NCBI RefSeq assembly: GCF_000143415.4
Contig: NW_003314275.1
Location: 873,955-937,954, forward strand
Direction: 5' to 3'
Origin: Selaginella moellendorffii
Taxonomy: Eukaryota; Plantae; Lycopodiophyta
DNA: 64,000 bases
The notes under the pieces are model-generated. The model was given only the letters and a program-made list of their open reading frames with translations, was not told where the DNA came from and did not search any database. Made by a program: the position numbers and the translations under genes. Below are positions 36,991-50,098 of this stretch, one piece after another. How positions within the stretch are numbered: position 1 is the stretch's first letter; every line of letters starts with the position of its first letter.

Positions 36991-39133
36991 GGTGAAGAGA
37001 GTGGGCCGTGGCCGGTAGCAGCATCGCCCAGGCAGCCGCGTTGCACGTAGGCGTGGACGAGGAGGTTAAGACGCTGGGGCTGTGGCGATCGCTAGCGGCG
37101 ATGGACGATCCTGGTGCGAGCAACAGCTTTGTGGGCGAGTTGTAGAACGAGTTTGCCACGGCAGCTAGCACAAGCCCATGCCAAACGCTCAAGAATCAGC
37201 GTGTTTCATCAAGTTGGCTCAAGAAATGATAGTAGGTGCTGGACTAAATTACACAATGGTGGCCGGTCCAAGAATTTCCAAGGGTTTGTGGAAGCACTGT
37301 CACCTAGTTAGAAATGTTTGGATCAATGGCTTCTTCCATCCCAGCTGGTTTCCCAACAAGTTGGTAATCTAGCTTCACAAACCTGACATAAGTTACTCAA
37401 ATTACTAGGAGGCTCGCTCGCGGCCGTCCCCCCTTGTGTCCAAGGTTTGTGAAGAGGTGGGCACGCTAGGTCAGCTATGGTTCGTGACACTGGAGGTTTG
37501 CAACCACTAGCTGGAGAGATTCTGGAGTGAATGCAGAGATATGTACCACTAAAACACATTCACCTACGAGGTGGATTTCGAGGTCAAGACTGCTCAACCA
37601 GGCGATGCTCGCAGATGATACCCCCTCATCGAACAACGGGTTCATCGAGAGCTGAGACGCTGTCATTGATCTCACCCGAGGGATTCTAAGTGCGTCTAGT
37701 GATGAATGCGAGGTTGGAGAGATGTTTCCATCAATGTTGGCCCTGCATTCTCCTGCAGTATGCAGCTTCTGTGGTTCTTGGGCAAGAAATTCCAGATGCT
37801 TGAGTCTGGAGCATCTGGGTTTTTGTTCGACAAGGAGGAATCATCTGTGAGTGTTACTCTGTCTTGGCCTCAAAATCCAATTTGTTTCCATCATTGAAAG
37901 TCGAGACACCATTGTCGATCTCTCAAAAATGCAATTCAAGTAGCTCAATGTTAGAATAGAATATACCGGCAGATATACACATGTATTGATCAAAGGGATA
38001 TAATATTTATATACTCTTTACCTTGCTCCAACACTCCCCATTGGCTCACCATTGGCAAAGAGGTCACAAGATTCAAAGTCCTTTCATTAAGTTATAAATA
38101 TGTTGAATCAGTTGAATTTCTCCCTTTTTTATCCTCTCACTCATTTTCAGCTGTTCCAAAAGTTTCTTTTTAACCCAATGTAGCAACCCATCATAATCCT
38201 CTAACCATCTCCATCTTTGTGATAAACAGACATGTTCTAATCTGACAAAACCCAACATTGGAAAAAAAAGTTAATTAAAGTATTGTACCAAATTTGTGGA
38301 GATTGTATAAATGGATTGTTTCAGCTTACACACATAAATCTCTTTGCTTTCTACTTCAAAAGTAAGAAATTGTCATATGTGTACTAGTTGCTAAAGTTTC
38401 TGTTCAAAAAAGTGTTCTTCGCATCCATCTACATCGCAAGTCCTGAATAGTTAACAATTGTAAAAAACAAACATATAGAAACCATTTTAATAACTATTCA
38501 TCATAGTCAATACATCTTTCTATGTGCATCTGCCATCCAAGATCAAAGAGTAACATACTCAACACTCCTATGACCACAAGCACTTGAGCTAAGGAGTGAA
38601 TACCTCCCCTCGGGGAACACCATCTCTTCGCTGGATATCAGCCCACAGTACAACAGTGCTAAGATGCACAGCCCTCAAAGCCATTGGCCAGAACAGAGAA
38701 AAAACGCCACGGCCATTATCTGTGAGCAAGAAGACATGAACAGAGTGAGAGATCTTCCATCCTGGCCTTCACAGTTTGTTAATCAGACTGTCTGTATCCG
38801 TTGGATTGAAAAGTGTTACAGTCAAGAATGTCCTTATTCTCGAGAATACACTCCACCATAACATCGCCCTTAACAGCTCAGGCACATCCCCATTATTCAG
38901 TCACATATATCTGATTATATTATGTACCCCAATCACTCGCCACAAGCTCGTGATAGACTGTTCTTAGCTAGTTCGGGCACAGCCCCGAAGGACGGGCAAA
39001 CTCGCCCCGGCTTGGACGGTAGCAAAATATATCTCTAGTCTGATAGTTAAGATGTTTGTAATCTCGAAAATAGCTCGTCACACCTCGATGCTCAACCATA
39101 CCATATTCAAGTTACTAGCCTCTAAAATTTGCC

Positions 39134-40030
39134 TCAAGAAACTGAAAGAGGCGATTCACCACTCGTATACCATCTACTACTCTCCTGGATTCCATCAAGA
39201 TACAGCTCCTTTGAAGCACTTTCGATGTCTATAATAATGGTTCCCATTGATCCATTCCAAAAGGCAGTAGGCCACTGTCCTCGATTCCGGTAAAGGAAGT
39301 GCAGCTGCATAGGAATACAGTGTGCTAGAGCGGGATCCCTAACACCCGACTTTAGCATAGCATCTTCAGTCAGCTGATGTTGATCAGTGCAGAGTACCGA
39401 TACCGTCTTTCCATCAGGGAGCTGGAACTCAAATTCCCTGACCACATCATTGTTTTCACAAACGAAGGCAGTGCACAGCTGCTGATCCTTGCTCAAATCA
39501 GAGAGGAACATCGGCAAGGTATACCCGTTCGAATGCACATAGACATTGTAAATCCCCTCCTTCATCTTGCCATGTACGTTTGCGGCGTCACGAAACCAAC
39601 GTGGACATTTCGGATGTCCCAGCAGCGGCAAAAACAACGGCATAGAGGCCATCCTTCCCCTGTGTTTCTTCCACATAGCCTCAAAGGCAGCTACTATGAC
39701 GTTCTGATAGCCTTGTGGAGAAATCTCAAGCATCCACCTTAAGAGCTGCTGGGACGCTCAAGCAGGGCCAGATCTTCTTGGGACAGCGGGAGCACCCGTC
39801 CACCATCTGTTTCGGTCCATCCCAAGCAGAGAAGTTGGTGAATTCTCCCGGCCAACCAGTCATTTTCTCTGCTTATAATGTTGTGCCAGTAACTACTACC
39901 ACTCCGCGCTTGAGAGCTTGAACCAGTGGATAAGCCAGTTCTAGCATATCCCTCACAGCTAGCAGAGCTCCATCAAGAACCACAATCGGAACCAACTTTC
40001 TGAGGTGTCGTAAGCTAAAGGATCCTTGAA
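39134..40030 (-). other. Lineage-specific hypothetical gene or pseudogene (199-aa open frame at 39134-39733 plus disrupted upstream frames)
   Basis: Protein-like composition but no family recognised. The upstream continuation is broken by stops. Confidence 0.35.
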
Positions 40031-41256
40031 AGCATGACTGAAATGACAAAAAGTTCATCAGATGGGACTGAGTTTGAGATCGAATTTAAGACCGACTCTG
40101 AGACCGAGTTCGCGGAATCAGACTAGGAAGAAAGATCATATACTGAATGTTTGTAACATTTAAACTTGGCTGATTCAGAAAAACAGTTTTTTGTTTTCTT
40201 GTGCTGTGAAAAAATACCTCTTCCTAGCTCTCTGGAAAAAACTGCAAAATGCATTGTAGTTGGTCTTCATGCTTCGACATGCGGTTTGCAGCAAAAGCCA
40301 GTTAGCCCCATTTGCCTTACAGTACTGATAAATAACCATCCGACAGGCGAGTAGAAGCATCACGTAAACCGCTACAACTTTCTCGTTGCTTCTTGTTTTG
40401 TTAGGATACGAAATCTCACTACGGCCTCGGACAGGTCATTGGATCCTACCATCAGTTGAGCAGACATTACAGCAAAACTTCCAGGGAACGGCGACACTTT
40501 CTTTGCCATCGTCATCCTGTATATCATTCAAACCAGCAAAGATATGAGAACAGTAAAAATGAAGTAAGGATACCTGTTAGTGGTCTAGTTTTCGAACTGA
40601 AGCCAATAAACTGAGATGAGCGTAACGTCAACTCTGCAATTCAAGAAAACATTGCGGTACCTTAGGCTCTTCCAGGCAAGAGTCTTATGTCGATGGTTCA
40701 TTTTGTCTACCAAAAAATTGTGTATTCACTTAAGGAATCGAAACATCTCTCACCTGATTTACAATTTCTTGTATATGTATTAGTAGTGTGCCTGAAAACA
40801 ACCTATAAAACAGTCGCAGGAGTGTTTCAGCCAAACCATCTGCATTACACGTACCATTCTTCTATGGGACGATCACTTGCTTCCCTTTCTTCCACGTATA
40901 ATCGCCTGGAACCAGGAACGGGTCCGCGTGCTCGGAACTAGGATTCGAACTTTTCATCCAAGAAAACCAGGATCCAGTATGCTCGGGGCCGCTCTTGGTT
41001 GGAAAACGTGACGATGACTCGAATCGTCGGCACCACCGGAATGGACATGAGAAGCAGCAGGTCATACTTAGTCTTAAATTAAACACCAAATTACACCCCT
41101 TTAAATTTCTTCGGTGTTTACTCTCTTGCTGAAAGCCTCCTCACCAGGAGGGCCTTCGTTCATTCATTCTGACAGCACACAATCGCTGAGCTTTGTAAGC
41201 CGCTCGGGGCCTGCCATCTTGGTACCACAGAGAAATTGGAGCGAGCAGCATCGCAA

Positions 41257-43245
41257 TCAGCGCTTACGGGCCAAGGATGACGGAAAGTCCTTTTGAAGCT
41301 TTGCTCTCTCCCCTATAAAACTTCCATCTTTCTCGAGCTTTCCTAGCATGAGCTTGCACAAACTCCATCTGGGGTTGACCACATTGCAAAAGGCCACAAA
41401 ATAATCGAGTATCTCTTCATGGGAGTCTCCAAACTTTGCTAGCATGCGTTCCAAGGTCTTGGGGAATGCCCGGCCGCGAGGATCCCTCACCACTACCAAG
41501 TCAAATAGCTTTCGGCTGATCAGAGAATCGTAATCTTTTGATTGGACAGCCTCCTCCAGCATGTCGTCTAGAACGTCCGGGCCAAGTGACTCCATGAGAA
41601 CCCCCAGAGCATCGCGGCCAGAATTGCTCCTCAAACAATCCAGAACTAATTGGCCCTTGAAAGGATTCAAGGATTTGATGCTCACACCCCTGAGTTTGGC
41701 CTCCTTGACGACCATGACAGCATCCTCGAAACTCTTGGTTTTGTTGTACAGCATCGCGTAAACCTTTGCAGGCTCATCGAACATTATATCGGGAAGAAGA
41801 TCAAGCGCTGTTCTTGGAGAAACCTTATTAATGCTCCTCTCGAAAGCCTTGTGGTGTTTGTGTACGTTTAGTTTGACACCCTTTGCTCGTGCCGCAATAA
41901 TAACTCGGTGAGCAAATTCTAGATCCCCCTTTTCTGCAGCCACGGACAAAGCAAACCTGTAGTTCTTTGAAGTAGCAGTTAAATGCGGGTGCTCTTCAAC
42001 CATGGCATAAAACAGGTCTTTGATGCTCCATTCCGGAAGTCTGGATAGCTCAAAAAGCTTAAACCCGCGCTTGTAACCCAATTTCTTCATCAACTCCAGC
42101 TTCTGGACAATCTTACTGCGAGATACTTTCGATTTGAGGGAGCTTTCTAGCACACTCGCGAATGCCGCTTGGTCACAACCTTCGTTGAGGAGCTCCAGAG
42201 CTGTAGCCACGAGGCCTTGCTTCAGGAACTCTTTTGCTTCATTTGGAGTTGCGCTTTCCAGATGCACTTCAACTTGAGATGCAGAGAGCAAAAGTTCTAC
42301 GGTCTGATGAAACATTCGCCACTTTTTACTTCGTACCAAAAGCTCGAGGATCACACCACCTTTAAAATCCTGCAGTATGTTGATTTTTTTCACCATGCTC
42401 TTGTCCTCTAGGCAATCCAGCTCTTTCAGGAAACTAAGCACACATTCATCCTGTGCAACGTCGTAGTCACAATGAGAGAGCTGTTTTGCTACTATTTTCA
42501 GTGGATTCAACGTTGTAACACCCACACCCTTGGCCTCTCTTGCAATCGAAAGGGCGTCGTCCAGATCCCAACTGTAATCAAGCAATATCTGGTAAGCATC
42601 TTTGGACGCCCCACACAAATCCAACACTTTCTGCTTCCAGAAGTTGTCATCCTTGTGGTTCCAAATGCAGTGCCTCAAGTATTCCAGATCCACCATCAAT
42701 TGGACACCCTGGGCTTTTGCTTCCATAACAACAGAATGGTAGAAATCCAAATCGTAATCAGTGGACCTATGCTTGATGAGTTCTACCACCTTTTCATACC
42801 CTTTGAATTTCACAAGCTTTTGCGGATGCTTCTTCATCATTCCCAGGAAAACCTTTCTGACTGCATTGGTTTGCGAGAACGCATCTCCAAACAGCTCAAC
42901 TCTGCTCCAGTAATCAGCATCCCTCACCTCTGAAAGAAACCTGAGCTCGAGATTGGGATTCCGTAGCAGCTCCGAGTATAGAGGCTCGTCGCACTTGTCC
43001 ATGATTTTGAAAGCCACGGCCAGGCAATCTTCCTCCACAAGCCTGGACACAAGCTTGTCATGGCATCTGCCTTCGGTAAGCTTGTGAAACGCCATAGTGT
43101 GCAAAGGATTCGCCCTATGTAGTATCGCAGTGATGATCTCGTCGGAGAAACAATCTTTACACTCCGAGTAGAGGCGGCCAAGTGCACTGCAAAGCTGCCG
43201 ATCCAGATCCACGTTCTCTATCATCACCAACAACACGCTCTCCAT
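41257..43245 (-). CDS. Uncharacterised alpha-helical repeat protein, 662 aa, intronless, with internal duplication (possibly a highly diverged PPR/TPR-like solenoid)
   Basis: Uninterrupted 2-kb ORF, L/K/E-rich, with visible repeated blocks. First ATG at 43245. Confidence 0.75.
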   Translation of the reverse strand: MESVLLVMIENVDLDRQLCSALGRLYSECKDCFSDEIITAILHRANPLHTMAFHKLTEGRCHDKLVSRLVEEDCLAVAFKIMDKCDEPLYSELLRNPNLELRFLSEVRDADYWSRVELFGDAFSQTNAVRKVFLGMMKKHPQKLVKFKGYEKVVELIKHRSTDYDLDFYHSVVMEAKAQGVQLMVDLEYLRHCIWNHKDDNFWKQKVLDLCGASKDAYQILLDYSWDLDDALSIAREAKGVGVTTLNPLKIVAKQLSHCDYDVAQDECVLSFLKELDCLEDKSMVKKINILQDFKGGVILELLVRSKKWRMFHQTVELLLSASQVEVHLESATPNEAKEFLKQGLVATALELLNEGCDQAAFASVLESSLKSKVSRSKIVQKLELMKKLGYKRGFKLFELSRLPEWSIKDLFYAMVEEHPHLTATSKNYRFALSVAAEKGDLEFAHRVIIAARAKGVKLNVHKHHKAFERSINKVSPRTALDLLPDIMFDEPAKVYAMLYNKTKSFEDAVMVVKEAKLRGVSIKSLNPFKGQLVLDCLRSNSGRDALGVLMESLGPDVLDDMLEEAVQSKDYDSLISRKLFDLVVVRDPRGRAFPKTLERMLAKFGDSHEEILDYFVAFCNVVNPRWSLCKLMLGKLEKDGSFIGERAKLQKDFPSSLARKR

Positions 43246-43360
43246 GGATGCTTTAGGGCTTTTAGGGGGGACCAATTTTATTTGGAGGTTTAGGGTTTTT
43301 TGGCGTTTACTAAAGAATATTCGACACCCGCGTTTACAGGCTATTAGGGTTTATGATGGA

Positions 43361-46300
43361 ATGAGGAAGATTTCCTGCGCGCTGCGCTCGATCTCTCTTC
43401 CTGCTGGATCCAGAGCCAGGTATCTCTCGTCGCAGTCTATTCTATTCCCCGCGGCCGGAGCGGATTACGATTACTCGCGGCTCCTGCAAGAATGCCGGGG
43501 TGTGGAAGATCTTGCCAGAGGTAGGGGGATTCATGCCCGCCTAGCGCAAGAGACAGGGGTGCTGGAGGAGTCGTTTTGCGTGGGGAACAATCTCGTCAGC
43601 ATGTACAGCCGGTGTGGAAGCCTGGGCGACGCAGTTGCCGCGTTTGGGAAAATCCGGGCGAGGAATGTGGTGTCCTGGAACGTGATGATCTCGGCCTACA
43701 GCAGCTACAAGAGCTTCCAAGAAGCGCTGGCGCTCTTCCACGCGATGCTGCTCGAAGGCGTGGCTCCAAACGCGATCACGCTGGTGGCGGTGTTGAATTC
43801 CTGCGGGAGTTTTCGCGAGCTCCGGGATGGGATTCTCGTGCATGCTCTCAGCTTGGAGCGGGGATTCTTCCAGAACACTTTGGTGGCCACCGCGCTTCTC
43901 AACATGTATGGGAAGTGTGGGACTCTCTTGGATGCGCAGTCAGTCTTTGAAGAGATGGCCGAGAAGAACGTCGTGACTTGGAACGCGATGCTGGGGGTTT
44001 ACTCTTTGCAAGGCTGCTGCTGGAAGCTCGCGGTGGAGCTCTTCACCAGGATGCTGCTCGAGGGTGTCAAGGCGAATGTCATCACTTTCCTCAACGTGCT
44101 CAACTCCGTGGTGGATCCCGACGCTCTTCGCAAAGGCAAGTTCATTCATTCTTGTGTGCGTGAGAGCGAGCATTCTCTGGATGTTTTCGTGAACACCGCA
44201 CTGGTTAACACGTACACCAAGTGTGGTAGCTTGACTGACGCAAGGAAAGTTTTTGATGGAATGCCTTGCAGGAGTGTCGGTACTTGGAACTCGATGATTT
44301 CGGCGTATTCCATTAGCGAGCGAAGTGGAGAGGCTTTCTTCATTTTCCAGAGAATGCAGCAGGAAGGTGAGCGTTGTGATCGGGTGACGTTCCTCTCAAT
44401 TCTCGATGCTTGTGTGAATCCAGAAACACTCCAACACGGGAAGCATGTCCGGGAAAGCATCAGCGAGACTAGTTTCGAGCTCGATCTATTCGTCGGGACG
44501 GCTCTCATCACCATGTATGCGAGGTGCCGGAGTCCGGAGGATGCAGCTCAAGTTTTTGGTCGAATGAAGCAGACGAATCTCATCACCTGGAGTGCGATAA
44601 TCACAGCTTTCGCTGACCATGGTCACTGCGGAGAGGCCCTACGCTACTTCAGGATGATGCAGCAGGAAGGGATTCTTCCCAACAGGGTGACTTTCATCAG
44701 TCTTCTCAACGGATTCACAACTCCCTCCGGTCTCGAGGAACTCAGCCGGATCCATCTCCTTATCACGGAGCATGGACTCGACGACACCACCACCATGAGA
44801 AACGCTCTTGTCAACGTTTATGGACGTTGTGAGAGTCCGGACGACGCAAGGACAGTGTTCGATCAACTCGAGCTTCCGAATCTCATCTCGTGGAACTCGA
44901 TGATTGGAATCTACGTGCAGTGCGAGAGACACGACGACGCTTTGCAGCTCTTTCGGACCATGCAGCAGCAAGGGATCCAACCAGACAGAGTAAATTTCAT
45001 GACCATCTTGGGAGCCTGTACGATTGGCTCTCACGGAAGAACTCGCAAGTTAGTGCACCAATGCGTCGAAGAGAGTGGACTGGGAGGCTCGCCCCTGGTG
45101 CAAACATCCCTGGTGAACATGTATGCCAAAGCTGGGGAGCTCGATGTAGCAGAGGTGATCCTGCAAGAGATGGACGAGCAGCAGATAACCGCATGGAACG
45201 TCCTCATCAATGGCTACGCACTACACGGGCGAAGCAGGGAAGCTCTGGAAGCTTACCAAAAGCTCCAGCTCGAAGCCATCCCAGTGGACAAGGTTACCTT
45301 CATCAGCGTCCTCAACGCATGCACAAGCTCAACATCTCTGGCCGAAGGCAAGATGATCCATTCCAACGCTGTGGAGTGTGGCCTCGACTCCGACGTGATC
45401 GTGAAGAACGCTCTGACCAACATGTACTCAAAGTGCGGCAGCATGGAGAACGCTCGCAGGATCTTCGACAGTATGCCCATCCGCAGCGCGGTGTCCTGGA
45501 ACGGCATGCTCCAAGCCTACGCTCAACACGGAGAGTCCGAGGAGGTGCTCAAGCTTATCAGAAAAATGGAACAGGAGGGCGTGAAGCTCAACGGAATAAC
45601 TTTCGTCAGTGTTCTCTCGTCGTGCAGCCACGCCGGTTTGATCGCAGAAGGCTGCCAATACTTCCACTCTCTGGGCCACGACAGGGGGATCGAAGTAAAG
45701 ACCGAGCACTACGGCTGCCTCGTAGATCTTCTGGGAAGAGCAGGGAAGCTCCAGGAGGCCGAGAAGTATATCAGCAAAATGCCGTTGGAGCCAGGGATAG
45801 TTACTTGGGCTAGCCTTCTCGGAGCTTGCAGAGTTCAAAAAGATCTCGACCGGGGGAAGCTCGCTGCAGGGAAGCTCCTCGAGCTGGATCCAGGCAACTC
45901 CTCGGCCAGCGTGGTTCTCTCCAACATCTACTCGGAGCGCGGAGACTGGAAGAACGCTGCGAAGCTGAGAAGAGCCATGGCCAGCAGGCGAGTGAAGAAG
46001 GTCCCGGGCATCAGCTCGATCCAGGTGAAGAACAAAGTTCACGAGTTTCGAGTCCGGGACACGAGCCATCCTCGAGCAGCGGAGATTTACGACAAAGTGG
46101 AGGAGCTGTGCTTTGCGATGAGGGAGGCAGGCTACGTCCCAGACACAAAGATGGTGCTGCACGACGTGGACGAGGAGCAAAAGGAGAGCTTGCTGGCTTA
46201 CCACAGCGAGAAGCTGGCAATCGCGTTTGGGTTGATAAGCACTCCGGAGACGAGCTCGCTACACATCTTCAAGAACTTGAGAGTGTGCGAGGACTGCCAC

Positions 46301-46411
46301 ACGGCGACCAAGTTTATCTCCAAGATCACCGGGCGAGAGATCGTCGTCCGCGACAACCACAGGTTCCACCACTTCAGGGATGGCTCCTGCTCGTGCAAAG
46401 ATTACTGGTAA
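43361..46411 (+). CDS. PLS-E-DYW pentatricopeptide protein (C-to-U RNA editing factor), about 1016 aa
   Basis: Repeated P-L-S triplets, E domain, PG box, HSEKLA, CEDCH and C-terminal [27 protein letters not shown] looks like a mitochondrial presequence. The ORF is open from 43244. Confidence 0.96.
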   Translation: MRKISCALRSISLPAGSRARYLSSQSILFPAAGADYDYSRLLQECRGVEDLARGRGIHARLAQETGVLEESFCVGNNLVSMYSRCGSLGDAVAAFGKIRARNVVSWNVMISAYSSYKSFQEALALFHAMLLEGVAPNAITLVAVLNSCGSFRELRDGILVHALSLERGFFQNTLVATALLNMYGKCGTLLDAQSVFEEMAEKNVVTWNAMLGVYSLQGCCWKLAVELFTRMLLEGVKANVITFLNVLNSVVDPDALRKGKFIHSCVRESEHSLDVFVNTALVNTYTKCGSLTDARKVFDGMPCRSVGTWNSMISAYSISERSGEAFFIFQRMQQEGERCDRVTFLSILDACVNPETLQHGKHVRESISETSFELDLFVGTALITMYARCRSPEDAAQVFGRMKQTNLITWSAIITAFADHGHCGEALRYFRMMQQEGILPNRVTFISLLNGFTTPSGLEELSRIHLLITEHGLDDTTTMRNALVNVYGRCESPDDARTVFDQLELPNLISWNSMIGIYVQCERHDDALQLFRTMQQQGIQPDRVNFMTILGACTIGSHGRTRKLVHQCVEESGLGGSPLVQTSLVNMYAKAGELDVAEVILQEMDEQQITAWNVLINGYALHGRSREALEAYQKLQLEAIPVDKVTFISVLNACTSSTSLAEGKMIHSNAVECGLDSDVIVKNALTNMYSKCGSMENARRIFDSMPIRSAVSWNGMLQAYAQHGESEEVLKLIRKMEQEGVKLNGITFVSVLSSCSHAGLIAEGCQYFHSLGHDRGIEVKTEHYGCLVDLLGRAGKLQEAEKYISKMPLEPGIVTWASLLGACRVQKDLDRGKLAAGKLLELDPGNSSASVVLSNIYSERGDWKNAAKLRRAMASRRVKKVPGISSIQVKNKVHEFRVRDTSHPRAAEIYDKVEELCFAMREAGYVPDTKMVLHDVDEEQKESLLAYHSEKLAIAFGLISTPETSSLHIFKNLRVCEDCHTATKFISKITGREIVVRDNHRFHHFRDGSCSCKDYW

Positions 46412-46726
46412 AACGAAATGAATAATTTTAAATACTAATCTAATTTAAACTTTATTATAAATTATATAATTAATTTAAGATTTATCTCTTCAGTCTCTAA
46501 CTTATCTCATTTTATTAAGTTTATAAAATATCACTAATGTAAAAACTTTCTAAACTAATTTTTTTCATTTTTTTGTGAAAGCTCAATCTAACACAATTAA
46601 CAAAAAAAAGTTTTTGATGAAAAAGTCTTATAGAAAAGCTCAGTTTATAGTAAAACCAAAATTGCATTAAGTTAAATGTGATATGGATGTTATAAAAGAA
46701 AACCATGTTTGCTTTCCAGACTTAAG

Positions 46727-46756
46727 ATTTGATTTGATTTGATTTGATTTAATTTA
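46727..46756. repeat. (GATTT)n microsatellite
   Basis: gatttgatttgatttgatttgatttaattt. Confidence 0.8.
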
Positions 46757-48675
46757 GCAACTTCACTTTATTTGATTTGAACTAGTTTGGCTCAAGATTT
46801 TGTTACTATAAACCAAGTTTAATATAACTACTTAATTATATAAAAAAAGCTGTGTATATTTTTTTTTGTTGCTTGGCTACTTTGTTGTATGGGGTGAGAG
46901 CTTTGGAAAATCTCTAATTATATGTCTTGCCAGAGGAGGCTAAACTTCCTCACAATACTGATATGCCTTCCTTTTTGCCACCATGGTGGAAAAAGACTGT
47001 GAACTTACCATCAAACTTCTACACCATGGCTTGAGAAGCAAAAACGCTTGTAGCTACTTTCTTCTTTATCAATTTCTTAAACACCAATGATCTTCATCAA
47101 GCTAAGAGATGCACTCAACCAAGTAGAAACCACTGACCATCAAACACCAAAATTTTGTGTTGAGTATGTCATGAACATGCCAGCCCCGCTCTAGGAAAAG
47201 TTCCCACCTTGGTAACAAAAAAAAGAAAAAAACTTTCTCACCTCACAAAGATGGCCTGAGACCACAAAGGCAGCACATTAGGTTCACGCTAGAGGAAATA
47301 TTACCTGGTAATTTGCACAAAATTGCAAAAACTGCCCCAAGGGCAGGAAAGCAATAAGGATGCAAGAACATATGAGTACCCTGGGGGATTTATAGAAACT
47401 CGAGAATCATTTACCTAAACCACCACCTTTTATAGTCAGTTGTGTGGTATTTGTCAAAGCTATGGCAGCAATTTTGCAGCCAGGATACCCCTTGCAATCA
47501 CAATGTTTTGAAAAGGAGATGACATGCACTAGCATTTGCATCATAACCGAGCAAAATATTGCCACAGAGTTGCCGCCTACGCAAAAGCTGCATTGAACAG
47601 GTATTATAGGTTTTCTCAATGCGCCTCACCACTTACAAGTGAAGCCCGGCCCATCTACTTTCAAGAATCCCTCTCCGAGATCAATGCCCTGGTTGAGTGC
47701 AAGGGACCTCAGTCACAGCGTGAAGGCCATCCTGAAGACTCTTGTAAATATTCATCAAAAGAGGAGTGGATTACCTGGAGAGGGTGAGAGACCACGGTAG
47801 ATATAGCCACGGATTGCGCAGTGGTTGTTATTCTGATACCCAAATGCCGCATTCAAAACACTTAAAAGATGGCATTTTATGTTCTACTATGCATGTTTTG
47901 AATCCACTACCATTGAACGAAATAAAAAACGCAAATATGTATAAAAAGTGAAAAAATATAGAAACCGGAAGCAAACCCATTCGTTAGACAGCATGACAAA
48001 TTGAATACGAATTGCTATAGAATAATTTTAGAAGAGATCGAGCAGTGCAGTTCCAGGAGATATGTTCAACAATACCAAACTATTTATGTTTGTCACCTGA
48101 CATCATCCAGAATAAATTGACACACAAAGTTTGAGAATGAAACGTTCTTTCTTAAGCCAGAGACGCGTTTGACTTTTCCAAAGTGGCCCATCTTTTCTGA
48201 AGCAAATTTGCCTCTTTCAGGGATATTCCAACAAAATACGAAATTCCAAAGAAAGAATATGTTTCTCTCTATTTGCCGGCCTGAAAGTACAGTCTAGAGG
48301 GCCGGAACAAGAGAAAAAATAAAACAAATTCATACGCTCTCGTGCACGACCAAAGTCAAGAATCATTGCTGACTGGAACACGCTCTTTGACTTTCTCCTT
48401 AGTGAGCGATTGCGTTTACACGGGCTTGGGGACGTTCCTGCATGTTGCAATCGCCTTTGCTTGGGAGCGTCGTGATGGTAGGGCCGGAGTCCTATTGGCA
48501 TCTGGTCCAGAACAATGGCACTTTGTTCGAAACTTTGCATCCGCCTTTATATTTTTAAGGACCGTTCTGGGGACCCAGACTCCACAGAAGCAAATCACTC
48601 GAGGAGGAAACAGCAACTCTATATTTTTTCCTTTTCTTGCGTCTCAAACCAGGTGTAGATTCGAGACGAGGAGAG

Positions 48676-49752
48676 ATGGAGAGAACCAATCTCATACTAT
48701 TGCTCTTCGTTTTTGCACAAGCAATGATCATCGCACAAGCAGGTAAATAGTTTTCAAACTAAATCGATCGGTCATATATTGCTTTCTTTTCTTCTAGACG
48801 AGGAGTATGACTACTCGAATGGGACTCGAGGCCAGGCAAACTGGGGAAACTTGAGACAAGAATGGAGGGCTTGCAGCAGCGGCAGAATGCAATCTCCGGT
48901 CGACATTCAATCCAAGGAGCTCCAGCCAGTGTGCTCTTTGAAGTTGCTCCAGACGAGATACAAACCAACGAATGCCACTCTCACCAATCTCGACCACGAC
49001 ATAGCAGTATGTATCTCCTGAGTCCATCTCATCTCCGAAAGATCTCCATCTAATCATGGCTCGGGCCCCTCGTTTTTCTATTCTCTGTTTGCGCAATAGC
49101 TCGAGTTTGGCGATGCTTCATCGGGATCGCTCATCATCGATGGCACCTTGTACAGTGTGAGCGAGTATCACATCCATGCTCCCAGCGAGCACACTGTGAA
49201 TGGGAAGCACCTCGCAGTCGAGGGGCATCTTGTCCACAGGAGTGAAGACAACAGGCTTGCAGTCGTCGCAGTCATGTACACGATTGGATCCGAGGACGAC
49301 CCTTTTATCGATCAGGTAAACAGAGATCTGCGTGATTTCTTCGAGTTTTATTCACTGTCTTTTTGGAAAGGTTGAGCATTTTCTACCTGAGCTGAGTGGC
49401 GAGCAAGATGTTCAAGTGGTGGATCCCTCGCTGCTCAATGTTGGAGGCAAGCGATTCTTCAGATATGTTGGATCACTGACATCACCGCCCTGCACCGAGC
49501 AAGTGACATGGAGCGTGTTGAGAAGAGTAAGCAAAATAATTTCCTTAATCTTTAGTTTCGTTCCCTCTGACCTTGGTTCTGATGTTGCAGCCACGAACGA
49601 TCTCGAAAACCCAGTACCGGCTTTTGGTGAATGCCCTCAATGTAAGAACTAATTCACGCGCTAAAAAACAGCTTCTAACATTCTGTGTACAGGGTGATAA
49701 CAACAGATCGATACAAGGATTGTTTGGAAGAAGAATAAGCTATTATAAATAG
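48676..49752 (+). CDS. ACA: Alpha carbonic anhydrase, secretory. Exons approx 48676-48742, 48798-49006, 49099-49315, 49371-49527, 49591-49641, 49693-49752
   Basis: Signal peptide, WG...C..GRMQSPVDI, Zn ligands EYHIHAPSEH and EGHLVH, YVGSLTSPPCTEQVTW. Confidence 0.93.
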
Positions 49753-50098
49753 AAGATTCGTTAGAGTCCTTTTAGGGCACACATTTTTTTAACCTACCAG
49801 CTTAGGCAAATCTTTCTACTCTTAATTCTTTACCCTTTCCTTTTTTAAGATTATGCTGCACTAATGTTTTTGGTTTGCTTAAGCAAATTATAGGATATTT
49901 TTAGAATACAATCTTGTGTATAAATATGTTTATCATCACTAATATATTTTACTGCACAACGCACTAAATTAAGTTTTCGAAATTGATATATACTGCAAAA
50001 CAGTTTTAAGGTTACCCAAAAGCCCTAAACCCTTGTGTTTTAAAGATGGTCAAATTTTTTAGATCATTGGATGGAGCATGGAAGATGGAGATTTCTTG

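Noticed and set aside
47407-47619. Cys-rich stretch (HCDCKGYPGCK) resembling a MULE SWIM finger
   Set aside because: Lacks the CxH signature and has no supporting transposase sequence.
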